The notes below the pieces were generated by a model. The model saw only the letters and a list, made by a program, of their open reading frames with translations. It was not told where the DNA came from and searched no databases. Source: a phage. Taken from it: a stretch of 64,000 nt of DNA. The position numbers and the translations under genes are program-made. Of the stretch, positions 1-10,716 are shown piece after piece; within the stretch, counting starts at the first letter, position 1, and the number at the start of each line of letters is the position of its first letter. The stretch lies in the sequence record QB031382.1; one strand, 5' to 3'.

Positions 1-521
1 CCAACGATGTTGACCCGACGCACAAGGTACCTTATTATGTTAACGGAACACGTGCCACAATTGTTAAATTTAAGAACAAGGCGGTGGTGGTAGAGCTTGA
101 AGATGGAACACAGGTTGACATAGAGCAGAGGTTGTGGGAGAATAACGAGTATAAGCCATCTCAGAGATACAACATTGCAGAAAGGAAGATGGAGAAGTTT
201 ATAGAGAGGGTAGTGATTGGGTCATACAAGCAACTTCCTCTGAAATCTGGGTACGCCGTAACATCTCATAAAAGTCAAGGGCTTACGCTAGATTGTTACA
301 ACCTAGACCTTGGAAAGAACGGAGCTTTCTCTCCTGGGATGACGTATGTCGCTTTGAGTAGAGTTAAGACAATACAAGGAATAAACTTGTTGCGTCCACT
401 AAGAGAAGTTGACATTATTGTTGACCCGCGAGTCGTAGAGTTTTACAATACAACATTCCCTGACTTAGACAAAATTGTCAGGAAAGATTTTGAAACCAGA
501 GTAGAAGAGGGGGACGTATGA
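1..521 (+). CDS. Dda/RecD-like DNA helicase, C-terminal fragment (gene starts upstream of window)
   Basis: Frame open from window start to stop at 519-521; C-terminal helicase motifs SHKSQGLTLD and MTYVALSRVKT. Confidence 0.6.
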   Translation, partial: NDVDPTHKVPYYVNGTRATIVKFKNKAVVVELEDGTQVDIEQRLWENNEYKPSQRYNIAERKMEKFIERVVIGSYKQLPLKSGYAVTSHKSQGLTLDCYNLDLGKNGAFSPGMTYVALSRVKTIQGINLLRPLREVDIIVDPRVVEFYNTTFPDLDKIVRKDFETRVEEGDV

Positions 522-859
522 GTTTGTGGAGAAATATCGTTAACTACGTGTGTGGCAATCCGACTCCTGAAGAGAAGGTTGTTGTGATTCACGATTTTAC
601 TAAAAGATCTCGTGAAAAAGATCTACTGCTAACAAAGGTGACTGATAAAGATCCTGCAGTAGGGGACTGGGCAGGTTTTGCGTTTACATCGGACAAATAC
701 ACCTTTAACAAAGGTGACTACCTTGTTGTAGATTTTAACGAAGACATTGAGGGTGCTGAACCTTACTATCAAACCCTTATTGTTGCAGGGTGTGTTAATC
801 TCTCTGCAGGCATGCACAGTTTGATTCTTTTTGAGCTTGACTCTGAAGACCTTGAGTAG
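518..859 (+). CDS. hypothetical protein
   Basis: ATG overlaps helicase stop (ATGA); 113 aa ORF. Confidence 0.5.
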   Translation: MSLWRNIVNYVCGNPTPEEKVVVIHDFTKRSREKDLLLTKVTDKDPAVGDWAGFAFTSDKYTFNKGDYLVVDFNEDIEGAEPYYQTLIVAGCVNLSAGMHSLILFELDSEDLE

Positions 860-920
860 TAAGATGTGAGTATAAAGGGGAGGCACTCCTCCCCACAAAA
901 ACTAAGGAGAGCACCAAACG

Positions 921-2249
921 ATGAGTAAAACCAAATTAGAACTTACCTGGGTAGGTAAAAACGAGCGCAAAAAGTTAGAGCCGCACATTTTGTTAGAAGA
1001 TTCTAGCAAATCTTACCACAGCCAGAAAGTGACCGAAAACGATATTTTTGATAATAAACTGATTTTTGGAGATAACTTATTAGCATTGAAGGCGCTAGAG
1101 CAAGAGTATGCAGGCAAAGTGAAGTGTGTTTACATAGACCCACCATTCAATACCGGGAGGGCTTTTGAGCACTACGATGATAGCCTGGAGCATTCCATTT
1201 GGCTGGGCTTAATGAGGGATAGGTTAGAAATAATTCGTAATCTTCTGAGTGATGATGGGGTAATATTCGTTCACTTAGATGGTTGCGAAATGGCGTATTT
1301 AAAAGTTTTGATGGACGAGATTTTTGGTCGTGCAAATCAGTTAAATACCATCTCGATGACCACAAATTCCCCTTCAGGATTTAAGGCAACAGGAGCCACA
1401 GTTTTCTCCACAGCAAACTTTTTGCTTGTATATGCAAAAGATCGCAACCAGAAACCGCTTAACAAAATCTATATACCTAAAGGGTATGATACAGGATATA
1501 ACAAATACCTATTAAACCCGGATGACCATTATAAAAATTGGACGTGGTGTGGTATTGCCGATGCGTTTGCAAAGGCCCATGGCTATAAAGATGCAAAAGA
1601 AGCCAAGAAAAAACTGCCTGACACATTCGATGATGAATTAGCACAATTCGCAATTGATAATGCAGAACGTGTATTTCAATCTGTTGCAATTGGTGGTGGT
1701 GCTAAAATAAAGAGAAAAGAAACTATCGAGAAGTCAAAGAAAGATAGGGATAAGGTTTATGTACATCCAAATGAGGATGTTGAAGGATTTTATATCGCAA
1801 ATGGTAGGCAAATGGTCTTTTACTCCAACAGGCTTTTGGAAATTGACGGTGAGATGCAGCCTGCGGAACTAATAACTGATGTTTGGACAGATATTAGTTG
1901 GAATGGAATAGCAAATGAAGGTGGCGTTAGTTTCAAAAATGGTAAAAAACCAGAAGCGCTTTTGAAGCGGATTTTCGAAATGTGTACGCGAGAAGGCGAT
2001 TTGGTATTGGATTCATTCGGTGGTTCGGGAACTACTGCTGCTGTAGCTCACAAAATGAAAAGACGTTGGATCTTGATCGAACTGGGTGATCATTGTCATA
2101 CCCATATTATTCCGCGCTTGGAAAAAGTGATCGATGGCGAAGATCAAGGTGGTATTTCTAAGTCTGTAAACTGGCAAGGTGGTGGTGGTGGCTTCCGTTA
2201 TTACAAACTTACCCCGGCCTTAATTGCGAAAGATATGTCTGATCAATAA
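921..2249 (+). CDS. DNA methyltransferase, amino-MTase type (N6-adenine or N4-cytosine)
   Basis: Motif IV VYIDPPFNTG followed by motif I LDSFGGSGTT; SD AAGGAGA upstream. Confidence 0.75.
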   Translation: MSKTKLELTWVGKNERKKLEPHILLEDSSKSYHSQKVTENDIFDNKLIFGDNLLALKALEQEYAGKVKCVYIDPPFNTGRAFEHYDDSLEHSIWLGLMRDRLEIIRNLLSDDGVIFVHLDGCEMAYLKVLMDEIFGRANQLNTISMTTNSPSGFKATGATVFSTANFLLVYAKDRNQKPLNKIYIPKGYDTGYNKYLLNPDDHYKNWTWCGIADAFAKAHGYKDAKEAKKKLPDTFDDELAQFAIDNAERVFQSVAIGGGAKIKRKETIEKSKKDRDKVYVHPNEDVEGFYIANGRQMVFYSNRLLEIDGEMQPAELITDVWTDISWNGIANEGGVSFKNGKKPEALLKRIFEMCTREGDLVLDSFGGSGTTAAVAHKMKRRWILIELGDHCHTHIIPRLEKVIDGEDQGGISKSVNWQGGGGGFRYYKLTPALIAKDMSDQ

Positions 2250-2262
2250 AGAGTACAATCAA

Positions 2263-2568
2263 ATGATGAAACGTTATAAACCATACACTTTTGAAATCGA
2301 TTTCGAACTTGACGATATGTTTACTGTAGAAGCTCAGGCAGTTGTCCAGTTGCCAGACCCGGAGTGCCGTGATTCTGATGTTGACTATTACGGATTTAGA
2401 CAAATTACCGATGTGCATGTTTACCACAACGGTGAAGAGGTGGACCTCCACCAACTGCCAAACGATTTGCGACACTCAATTTACAAACGTGCAGCCCGTG
2501 AACTAGAGTCCTATCTGGATGCAGCGACGACAGCAGCTGCATTTGCTGAAGAAGTGGGAGGTTTCTGA
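2263..2568 (+). CDS. hypothetical protein
   Basis: Tool ORF 2224-2568; start moved to first in-frame ATG (MMKRYKPY). Confidence 0.4.
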   Translation: MMKRYKPYTFEIDFELDDMFTVEAQAVVQLPDPECRDSDVDYYGFRQITDVHVYHNGEEVDLHQLPNDLRHSIYKRAARELESYLDAATTAAAFAEEVGGF

Positions 2569-2966
2569 TGATTACAGGTGTGAAGATTATCCAATACCAC
2601 TTAACTAAATTGGAAGATGCTGAAAAAGAGCTTGCAGAAGTTCTGAATAGCGGATATACTTTGCTATCATGCGCCTGCTCAGATACCTACGCTGTGTGGA
2701 CACTTATCCGGAAGGAAGAGCCTGCGGGGATCTTGGTGCCAAACCCTAAGATCATTAGTGAGGTGGATGACTATGCTCAGGACGGCCTGCCAGAAGGCTG
2801 GGAAGTATGGGAAGGTGGTGAAAACCCTGCACCAGGTAAGTGGGTAAAATACAAACTACGTAGCGGTGCACAGTACGCTGACTACTCTGATGACCTGGAT
2901 TGGAGTCATTCTTCACCAGGATCATCTGCAAGTTCATATGATATCATAGCTTTTCAGGAAGAATAA
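2568..2966 (+). CDS. hypothetical protein
   Basis: ATGA overlap with upstream ORF; 132 aa. Confidence 0.5.
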   Translation: MITGVKIIQYHLTKLEDAEKELAEVLNSGYTLLSCACSDTYAVWTLIRKEEPAGILVPNPKIISEVDDYAQDGLPEGWEVWEGGENPAPGKWVKYKLRSGAQYADYSDDLDWSHSSPGSSASSYDIIAFQEE

Positions 2967-2978
2967 GGAGATAGTGTT

Positions 2979-3461
2979 ATGTCAGATTTTATGTGGAAAG
3001 TAGGTTACGCAGCTCCTGAAATGTGTGAGGCTTGCTTTGTGAAAATAGGCCGCGAGGATATCGACAAAGTGATCCTTAAGTTTCGTGATGTGGCTGTGAT
3101 CGGCAACCGAGTGCTTAAGCACTTAAAGAATTTGAAGCTCACTAAAAAGAAGTTCTTCGGACTTTTCGAAGAGAAAGTTGATGCTTGGACCCATTGCATC
3201 CAGGAAGCTAAATCTCACTACAGTGCTATCGTTACTCCAGAACGGGTAGCCAAGATGGAAGGATTCATCAACAGCACAGAATTTGAGTGTCTGAAAGCTG
3301 CACTCGATAGTTATCCGAAATGCCTCAAGCACTTGGACAAGTATGTAGAAAAGGATGGGGAAATGTATCTCACCCTGGACGCATACTATGAGATGCAAGA
3401 AATTTTAAATTTAGATTTGACATTGGTATCCACCGAGTATACAATAGGTATCCGGGTTTAA
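2979..3461 (+). CDS. hypothetical protein
   Basis: SD AAGGAGA upstream; 160 aa. Confidence 0.55.
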   Translation: MSDFMWKVGYAAPEMCEACFVKIGREDIDKVILKFRDVAVIGNRVLKHLKNLKLTKKKFFGLFEEKVDAWTHCIQEAKSHYSAIVTPERVAKMEGFINSTEFECLKAALDSYPKCLKHLDKYVEKDGEMYLTLDAYYEMQEILNLDLTLVSTEYTIGIRV

Positions 3462-3466
3462 CACTA

Positions 3467-3495
3467 GGCCCTGCCCGAAAGGGTGGGGCTTTTTG
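3467..3495 (+). terminator. intrinsic terminator
   Basis: Hairpin GGCCCTGCCC-GAAA-GGGTGGGGC followed by TTTTT; same hairpin recurs at 13952. Confidence 0.6.
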
Positions 3496-3512
3496 CATTA
3501 GGAGACAGCAAA

Positions 3513-4277
3513 TTGAAATTCATCTACAAAGAACACTACCACAAAGGTGTTGTGTGGAGTCTATTTGACGGGTCTGGTGGTGCAGTTATTGACTGGGCAA
3601 AAGCTGGGTACCTGTGCCTGTGCTTTAATGCAGAAGGTGCTGACCACGGCAGTTATGCAGAGGTGATAACCGATCATCCAAATATTCACTATGTGGATTA
3701 TTGGATTGACCCATGGTTCCCTCAAGAAACTTTTTGCATGTATCCAGCTCCAGACTTTATTCTTGCATTTCCTCCGTGCACGCATTTAGCGGTATCAGGA
3801 GCTGCACACTTTAAGAAAAAGCTGGCTAAGGACCCACTGATCCAGATTAACGCTGTAAAGGATGCTCGGGTTGCAGAAGAGTTGGGAGAGATTTACGATT
3901 GCCCGTGGCATGTAGAGAATCCTGTGGGTGTTATGTCCACGCTGTGGCGCAAACCTGATTACCGTTTTCACCCTTCTGATTATGGCGGGTATTTACCGGA
4001 GGATGATGTAAACCCCTGGTTTCCTGAATTTATAGCTCCACGTGATGCCTATCCAAAAATAACTTGCGGCTGGATAGGTAATGGATTTATAATCCCGGTC
4101 ACAAAACCTGTCCCGCAAATAGTTGACGCGGTTAGCGGGTATTCCATGCAACACGCCAAGCTGGGGGGAAAGAGTGCAAGAACAAAGATGATTCGAAGCC
4201 TCACACCCCGTGGCTGGGCAAAAGCTGTATTCTTAGCAAACGAGCCTGCAGTAAGGAGCAGAATTAATGGGAAGTAA
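3513..4277 (+). CDS. C5-cytosine DNA methyltransferase-like protein (small)
   Basis: Motif I WSLFDGSGG, PC motif AFPPCTHLAVSGA, ENV-like HVENPVGV, motif X-like GNGFIIPV; TTG start after SD AGGAGA, since the tool start lies inside the terminator. Confidence 0.55.
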   Translation: MKFIYKEHYHKGVVWSLFDGSGGAVIDWAKAGYLCLCFNAEGADHGSYAEVITDHPNIHYVDYWIDPWFPQETFCMYPAPDFILAFPPCTHLAVSGAAHFKKKLAKDPLIQINAVKDARVAEELGEIYDCPWHVENPVGVMSTLWRKPDYRFHPSDYGGYLPEDDVNPWFPEFIAPRDAYPKITCGWIGNGFIIPVTKPVPQIVDAVSGYSMQHAKLGGKSARTKMIRSLTPRGWAKAVFLANEPAVRSRINGK

Positions 4278-6345
4278 ATTTATGGCATCTGCATACAACC
4301 GTTTCGGTGAGCCAAACCCGAAAGCAACTAAGTATAAAAGTGGGGGAAGTGTGAAACGAGACTATCGTGATGAAAAAGAAGTTGAAACTGTAGAGACTGT
4401 TTTAGAAAATACCAAAATTGTCCCCGTCCCACAACAAAATATCGGTCTGATGGCTGCACAATATTTTGGTGTGCGATCAGCATTATCCCAAGAAGATGGT
4501 GTGACAGTCACTGCAACATATTTCCCATATTACGACCGCTACGGAAATCTGTCCGGTTTCAAAAAGCGTGACTGGACGATTCCTAAAGAGCAAAGAGGCC
4601 ATTTCTCCGTTGTTGGCATAGTAAAGGCTAACTCTCAGATGTTTGGTCAAAAGCTGTGTGCATCTTCCAACAACCGTAAGCAGATTAACGTTTGTGAGGG
4701 AGAAGGTGATGTTATTGCAGCATGGCAGGCTGCATATCAGATACAAGTAAAAGGGATTCTCACCAACGCTAAAGCCCCGGCAAAGGTGAAACAGTGGGCT
4801 AAAGAGGTCCAGGACGGGATCGATGCAGTTATCAACGGTGGCGATCTGGCAGGAAAACCATGCCTGCCTTTTGTTGGAATTAACTGTGGATGTGCAAACG
4901 CAGTAGATACTTTTGCAAACAATGAGAAGTTTATCCGTAGCTATGGAACAGTTGTGCTGGCAATGGATAACGATGCAGCTAACGAGGTAGAGAAGCAAAA
5001 ACACGTCATTAAAGGTGTTGAGGCCACGCACAATATCGCAGCATTTTTGATGGCTGATAACGTTTACCACGTGGAATATCCTGGCGAGGTAAACGACCCT
5101 GATGGTGTAAAAGATATCCGTGACATGCTGAAGGCTAAAAAGCTGGAAGATATTGTAAACATGTTCCGGCATCCTGTTAAGTATGTGCCGGATGCTGTGT
5201 CGGATTTAGAAGACTTCTCTATCGAATCTTTGCGGAAAAAGACTTCCAACGGGGTAGATATCAGCGCAGAGTTCCCAAAACTGCAAAAAATGCTGAAAGG
5301 CTTGCACAAAGGGACACTCGTAATGCTTACAGGGCCATCAGGGGGCGGTAAAACAACTGTAGCTAAAAAACTGGAACATTGTATTGCAAGATACTTGATG
5401 GACCCGACATGCCCGAAGGCCGATGACTATGAAGAGGATGATCGTCTATGCATGATCCATCTTGAGGAGGACCCAGAGGAAGCAATTAACTCCTTGTATG
5501 CAAACCAGTTAGGGTTTGATGTTAAAGAGTTTGTTGAAGATCCTAGCCAGTTTTTAACTGATCAAGAACACGCAGAGATTCACCAATCATGGGCAAAAGC
5601 TGGAAAAATCAAAGTGTTCAAACATTTCGGATCTATTCCGGTGGACGAGTTGATTACCAAGCTTAAGCAAATGGTTTGCCTGTACCATTGCCGTTATATT
5701 GTGCTGGATCACCTGTCCATGGTAATTTCAGGGCTTAATGTTAAGGATGAGCGAAAAGAGCTGGACATGGCTATGACCCAACTGGCTGCGTTTTGTAAGC
5801 AGTTTAACGTGTTTATCCTAGTGATCGCTCACCTCAAACGTACAGAGATTGTGCCTCCTAAGGACAAGGATGGTAACCCGTTACCTTTCTGGTATCCTGT
5901 GCGAAAAGAGAATTTGCGAGGATCGGCTGGGCTTGAACAGTTGAGTTGGGTAGTCATAGGTGTTGAGGCTGAAGAAATGGTAGATCGTTCTCGTGGTCGT
6001 GTCCGTTTAGTAGGTCTTAAAAACCGTCCAGCAAAAACATTGGGTATTGCGGATACTTTGGTTATGGACCCACATACAGGTAAGTTCCATGATGCCAGTA
6101 ATTGGTACTGGGACAAAGAAATGCAGATGTTTACAGACGGAGAAGGTGGGGAGGTTGTTTGGAGACCTCAGGCCATGTTTGAGGACCAAGAGCATGCAGT
6201 TGTAGAAACACCTATGGGCAAGGTTGTAGCTGATAAGGTTGTAACTCCTACTATTAAGCCTGTTGACACGCAGGAAGACCTCCAGTACGATGATCCATCT
6301 TCTGATCCGGTCCCCGGTTTTGAAGATGATGAAACACCTTTTTAA
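4267..6345 (+). CDS. bifunctional DNA primase-helicase (TOPRIM + DnaB-like helicase)
   Basis: TOPRIM motifs CEGEGD and LAMDNDAANE; Walker A LTGPSGGGKTT; SD AAGGAG upstream. Confidence 0.8.
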   Translation: MGSKFMASAYNRFGEPNPKATKYKSGGSVKRDYRDEKEVETVETVLENTKIVPVPQQNIGLMAAQYFGVRSALSQEDGVTVTATYFPYYDRYGNLSGFKKRDWTIPKEQRGHFSVVGIVKANSQMFGQKLCASSNNRKQINVCEGEGDVIAAWQAAYQIQVKGILTNAKAPAKVKQWAKEVQDGIDAVINGGDLAGKPCLPFVGINCGCANAVDTFANNEKFIRSYGTVVLAMDNDAANEVEKQKHVIKGVEATHNIAAFLMADNVYHVEYPGEVNDPDGVKDIRDMLKAKKLEDIVNMFRHPVKYVPDAVSDLEDFSIESLRKKTSNGVDISAEFPKLQKMLKGLHKGTLVMLTGPSGGGKTTVAKKLEHCIARYLMDPTCPKADDYEEDDRLCMIHLEEDPEEAINSLYANQLGFDVKEFVEDPSQFLTDQEHAEIHQSWAKAGKIKVFKHFGSIPVDELITKLKQMVCLYHCRYIVLDHLSMVISGLNVKDERKELDMAMTQLAAFCKQFNVFILVIAHLKRTEIVPPKDKDGNPLPFWYPVRKENLRGSAGLEQLSWVVIGVEAEEMVDRSRGRVRLVGLKNRPAKTLGIADTLVMDPHTGKFHDASNWYWDKEMQMFTDGEGGEVVWRPQAMFEDQEHAVVETPMGKVVADKVVTPTIKPVDTQEDLQYDDPSSDPVPGFEDDETPF

Positions 6346-6403
6346 TGTTTAACAAAGAGTGGGAGGGGTAGTACAACCGCCTCCCCTTTAAGGAGAACTG
6401 TAT

Positions 6404-8827
6404 ATGAGCATGTGGTCGTTCGATTTTGAGTCATCCGGTTTGCTGGAAGACCCAGATCTTTATTATCACTGCGGTCTGTTTAAAGAGTTGAATAAGAACC
6501 GTTTTATGCTGTTCCTTCCTCTAAATGACCGCACACACTACTCCGAGGAGGATATAGAAAAGGCTAAGAACTTCATTCTGGCAAAGAAAACTCTTTATAA
6601 AGATTTTGAAGTTCGCATAGCAGATTTTTCGGAGTTGGAAGGTTGGCTTACAGGAAATTCTGACTGGTCACCAACAGCTTTGAACTGCCATAACTGCTAC
6701 AGTTATGACTTTATGCTGATGGAAAGATTATCCGGTATTCATTTTGATATGTTCCGTGATCCTAAATGCATGGGGACTATCAACGACCACCAGGTTAACC
6801 TGTTTGATACGTTGGCGATGAGCCGAATCTTATGGCCTGATCGCCCTTTACCAAAAGGTTGTCCTGACTCCGTATTCAACCCGGTTACTAAGAAAATGCA
6901 GCCTGTTGGTCCTCACGGCCTTATGGCATGGGGCTACGCCCTTGGTAACCAGAAAGTTCAAATTGATGACTGGCGCGATCTTCCGTTGTGGAAGTATGTG
7001 GATCGTGTATTCGAGGACGTTATCATCCAGGAGCTGCTCTGGAAAGAGCTGGTAGCGGAATCAAAAGGTGTATTCTACGGCAAATCTGACATGCAGAACT
7101 TTATGTACGATCCTGCCAAAGAGAAGCCGAAAGGGTTCAAGAAGATCACCTGGAAGAACGCATTGCGCCGGGGTATGCTGCAACACTTCCTGATGGAGCT
7201 GCAGGCCCGTCAGGGTGTGTATTTTGACATAGATGGGGCTATTGCTTTACGTGACCGTTGCGATGCGTGGATGAAAGAAATCGCTGATCGTGTTGAACCA
7301 CAACTACCTTTAAAAGAGCTGTCAATGTCTCAGCGGCCCAAGTTCCCTGAAAAGCCGTTTAACCAAGATGGGACAATCTCCAATAATGGTTGGAAATGGT
7401 TAAAAGATAAGCTTGGCTATCCTGTGGACATGAGCGCTTTAGAGTTCAAAGCCCCACCTAAGCGAGCATTTACCTCCACAGGGGATGTCAGTAAGATGGG
7501 GATAAAATGGTGTGAAGAGATGGGCTGTAAAGACCCTGATAAGATGGCTGATTTCTTGAGGGGCTATATTAAGGGCACTTCCACACCACAACCTTTACCT
7601 AAAGAGCTAATGGATCAGGCAATAAGTGATCTACAGCAGAAGCGAATGCCTGACTGCAAGATACCTATGAAAATCAGCAATCAGGACGACATTAAGCGAT
7701 ACCTGATTAGTGCTGGTTGGCTTCCGACAATGTGGAGAACTAAGGATGTAACTAAAGACAGCAAGAAGAAAGCTCTACCTGATGCAGATGTTGATGCACG
7801 AGTATATGCATATATGGACGAGCTTTTAGAGTCAGAGTATTGTGACCTGATTATCAACTTCTGGAACAAAACTGATGCTAAGTTCCAGACAACCGTGCAC
7901 AAGTTCCGAAGCTTTCCTAACTCCGAAAGGATTAAAAAGGAAGTATTCGGGAAAATACGTAGAAAAGCTAGGGCACTTATTACTTCTCCGCAACTGAAAG
8001 ATACGTTTGGACACCTATGCCCTAATCTTGAAAAATTGAACGGAGAGATGGCTAAAGATATCGTCTTGTGGTTATCATTGCGAAACCGCAGATCGGTACT
8101 TGATCCAATTAAGGAGGATAAGGTTGATACTGGTCTTCTTAATCACCCACGTTTGAAGATTGACCATAAGCTTCCTGCTAAAAGTTCTGGGTTAACAAAC
8201 ACTTCCCGACAGAAACACAGTATTTGTGCGAACATGCCTAAACCATCTCCTAAAGTGGTTATGGGTAAAGAGATGCGTAGTCTGTGGGGTGTTCCTCCGG
8301 GATACTTTGAGATCGGTATTGACGGGTCCAACTTAGAGCAGCTTATCGGGGCTTGGGGTGCCTTTGAGTTCGACAACGGCTTGTATTATGATGTTGTAAG
8401 TAACGGGGACGCACACCAAAACAATGCTGAGGCATATACAAAAGTAGCAGGCAGAGAGGTGTCTCGTAACGACGGTAAACCTATCACGTATGGGGTTATG
8501 TACGGGGCACAAAAAGATAAAGTTGCAGACATGCTGGATATCTCTCCAGAGTTGGGGCAAAGGGTAATCGATGCGCTTTGGGATGCCAACCCCGGTCTTA
8601 AGGGGCGTAAAGAGGATCTAGAGAAATTCTGGGAAGCAACAGGTAAGAAATTTATCTACTCTTTTGACGGTCATGCCATTTGGACCCGCTCTAAACACTC
8701 TTTGCTTAATGCATATCAGCAAAATGGCGGTGCCTCGTTGTGCGACTTGGTCGGAATCCTCATGCACCACCAAATGGTGAAGCGTGGATGGTATGATGAG
8801 GGTGTTCGTCGTATTATTTATTACCAT
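6404..8827 (+). CDS. DNA polymerase, family A, exon 1
   Basis: Exo I SFDFESSGL, motif A GIDGSNLEQL, motif B KPITYGVMYG; exon ends at the CAT (His) codon 8825-8827 before the intron. Confidence 0.85.
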
Positions 8828-9155
8828 AAATAACATTGTGGCTTCGTGCAGTGATGCACGTCGAAAACCTCTTTAATTGACGGGAAGGCTAAGTTGACTT
8901 TTACACCTAAACATGGTAAAAGCTCAATATGCTAATCCGCAGCGAAGCATCCGAGAGGATGAACGTTCAGAGACTATCGAAAGCATAGCTCCAACATAGT
9001 TTGGTGTGAAGAAGCGAGTAGAGTAGGCCAGCAAGTGCGGTCGAAATGAGAGGTGCCTTGGTAACAAGGCAGTGAGATAGTCCGATCCATACGGGAAACT
9101 GTATGGCTATGCACGTAATGGTGCGGGGTAGCTTAACGACCTACCTGAACTATTG
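8828..9155 (+). ncRNA. group I self-splicing intron (no ORF) in the DNA polymerase gene
   Basis: Core elements P AATTGACGGGAA (8875-8886), Q AATCCGCAGC (8934-8943), R GTTCAGAGACTA (8965-8976), S GAGATAGTCC (9074-9083); U before 5' splice site pairs with guide GUGG 8838-8841; G9155 precedes 3' splice site. Confidence 0.75.
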
Positions 9156-9509
9156 GATGAGTACCAACTTCAAGTACCTGACACACCGAAGTATAAGACT
9201 GTGTACACCTTCGACACAATCGAAGAACTGGAAGCATTTAAGGCAGAGCAGGAGGCCAAACTTCATGTGTTCGACGGTCATAAGTACAAAAAGGCACGCA
9301 AGGATGAGGACGGAAACGAAGTGGTTGACAAGGACGGAAATACGGTATACGATCCTATCTTGAACGATGACGGAAAGCTTGAACTTATCTGGAGCCCTGT
9401 GGGCGAAATGGTGGTGCATTGCTTCTGGCAAGCTTCTAAAATGATGGGCGTTCCGTTCCAGATCACAGGTGAATACTTGTGTGGTCGTAATTGGGGTGAT
9501 TGTCACTAA
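9156..9509 (+). CDS. DNA polymerase, family A, exon 2
   Basis: Begins GAT GAG, completing motif C HDE after splicing; ends with PolA C-terminal motif GRNWGDCH. Confidence 0.8.
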   Translation, partial: DEYQLQVPDTPKYKTVYTFDTIEELEAFKAEQEAKLHVFDGHKYKKARKDEDGNEVVDKDGNTVYDPILNDDGKLELIWSPVGEMVVHCFWQASKMMGVPFQITGEYLCGRNWGDCH

Positions 9510-9558
9510 TGTAAACTATCAACACATGGAAGTGTTGTTGAGCAAAGAGGAGACTTTT

Positions 9559-9843
9559 ATGGTAGTAGAACCAACAAAAACATTTACATCCATGACTATC
9601 CCTGTTATTATGCAGGTGGAGTGTGTTCAGGTATCTCAAGTGTGGCCAGGCACTAAAATCCCAACAGGGCCTGATTTCTTTCAGGTTGGCAAAGTGTACA
9701 ATGTCTGGAAGGCACCAGATTGTTACCCTTTCATCAAAGATGACCGTGGAATGCTGTGGTATCTTGGAAATGATTTGACACTGCACCTTGGGAATGCTAT
9801 TATTGCAGTATTCAGACTTAACAAGAAGGAGACTGATCAATGA
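9559..9843 (+). CDS. hypothetical protein (KDDxG paralogue family)
   Basis: SD AAAGAGGAGA before ATG; motif FIKDDRGMLWY shared with neighbours. Confidence 0.5.
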   Translation: MVVEPTKTFTSMTIPVIMQVECVQVSQVWPGTKIPTGPDFFQVGKVYNVWKAPDCYPFIKDDRGMLWYLGNDLTLHLGNAIIAVFRLNKKETDQ

Positions 9844-10067
9844 CGACTTTGGTTAAAGCTACCTTTGTAGAAGAAAAGATGACAGACCTGTCATTCTTTA
9901 AAGAAGGAAAGACCTACGAGGTTTATTACGATAAAGCTCGTGCAAACAAGATGATTAAAGACGAGGAAGGGATTGCTTGGTTTATCTCCCATCTGGCAAA
10001 CGGTGAGTATCATATCTACGGAACCACCCTGCTTGCCAAGTTTGTAGCTGTTGAAGAGGACCTATGA
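9840..10067 (+). CDS. hypothetical protein (KDDxG paralogue family)
   Basis: ATGA overlap; motif MIKDEEGIAWF. Confidence 0.5.
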   Translation: MTTLVKATFVEEKMTDLSFFKEGKTYEVYYDKARANKMIKDEEGIAWFISHLANGEYHIYGTTLLAKFVAVEEDL

Positions 10068-10258
10068 AAGTAAAGTATCTGGCTGAGGGTATGAGTAGGT
10101 ATTTCACCCTTGGTGAAGAATATTGGCCCTTTACGGAAAATGGAGATGTATACGTGAAGGATGACCAAGGTGTGCCGTGGTTTCTGCACCATAATGGGTT
10201 GGGGTATTCCATCTACTGCGGTGCAGTGAACAACACAACCCTTGCAGAGTTTGTCTAG
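10064..10258 (+). CDS. hypothetical protein (KDDxG paralogue family)
   Basis: ATGA overlap; motif YVKDDQGVPWF. Confidence 0.5.
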   Translation: MKVKYLAEGMSRYFTLGEEYWPFTENGDVYVKDDQGVPWFLHHNGLGYSIYCGAVNNTTLAEFV

Positions 10259-10268
10259 AGGAGGCAGA

Positions 10269-10640
10269 ATGTTAGTAAAAGGTACCCACACAGTAAAGCA
10301 ACGTATTGAAGTTGAGATCGATGATTGTGAGCTGAAGCATATTTTGCGGTCATGCTCCAACGTTTTGCTCCTTAGTATTCTCCAGGAGCGAGCGGAGAAC
10401 GAGTTCTTAAATGCACTGGCAGGCCGTCCTGGGGACTTCTGTGTGCGTAAGCGTGAAGATCATAAGTCATGGTTGTGGGAAATCGATGCCGACTGGGATT
10501 ACCACAAAAATGAGGGCATAGATGAGCCTATTCGTGAATTGACAGATAAAGAGATTCAGATGTACAATGAAGTTTGTCATTGGGCAAAACGCCAACAAAT
10601 TTACCTCGACCCTGTGTGGATGATTGAAAATAGCCATTGA
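10269..10640 (+). CDS. hypothetical protein
   Basis: SD GAGGAGG before ATG (MLVKGTH). Confidence 0.5.
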   Translation: MLVKGTHTVKQRIEVEIDDCELKHILRSCSNVLLLSILQERAENEFLNALAGRPGDFCVRKREDHKSWLWEIDADWDYHKNEGIDEPIRELTDKEIQMYNEVCHWAKRQQIYLDPVWMIENSH

Positions 10641-10665
10641 CAAGAAGTAAGATTGGATATAAGAT
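10637..10665 (+). promoter_or_regulatory. sigma70-like promoter
   Basis: TTGACA, 17-bp spacer, TATAAG. Confidence 0.45.
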
Positions 10666-10716
10666 GCTTCACACAAACAGAGAGTTGATTTTTAAATAAT
10701 TGAGGAGACTGCCAAG

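Noticed and set aside
8618-9506. Tool ORFs overlapping the polymerase intron (8618-8836 minus, 9103-9363 plus, 9150-9506 minus)
   Set aside because: They lie within or antisense to the group I intron and polymerase exons, lack SD sequences, and have low-complexity translations
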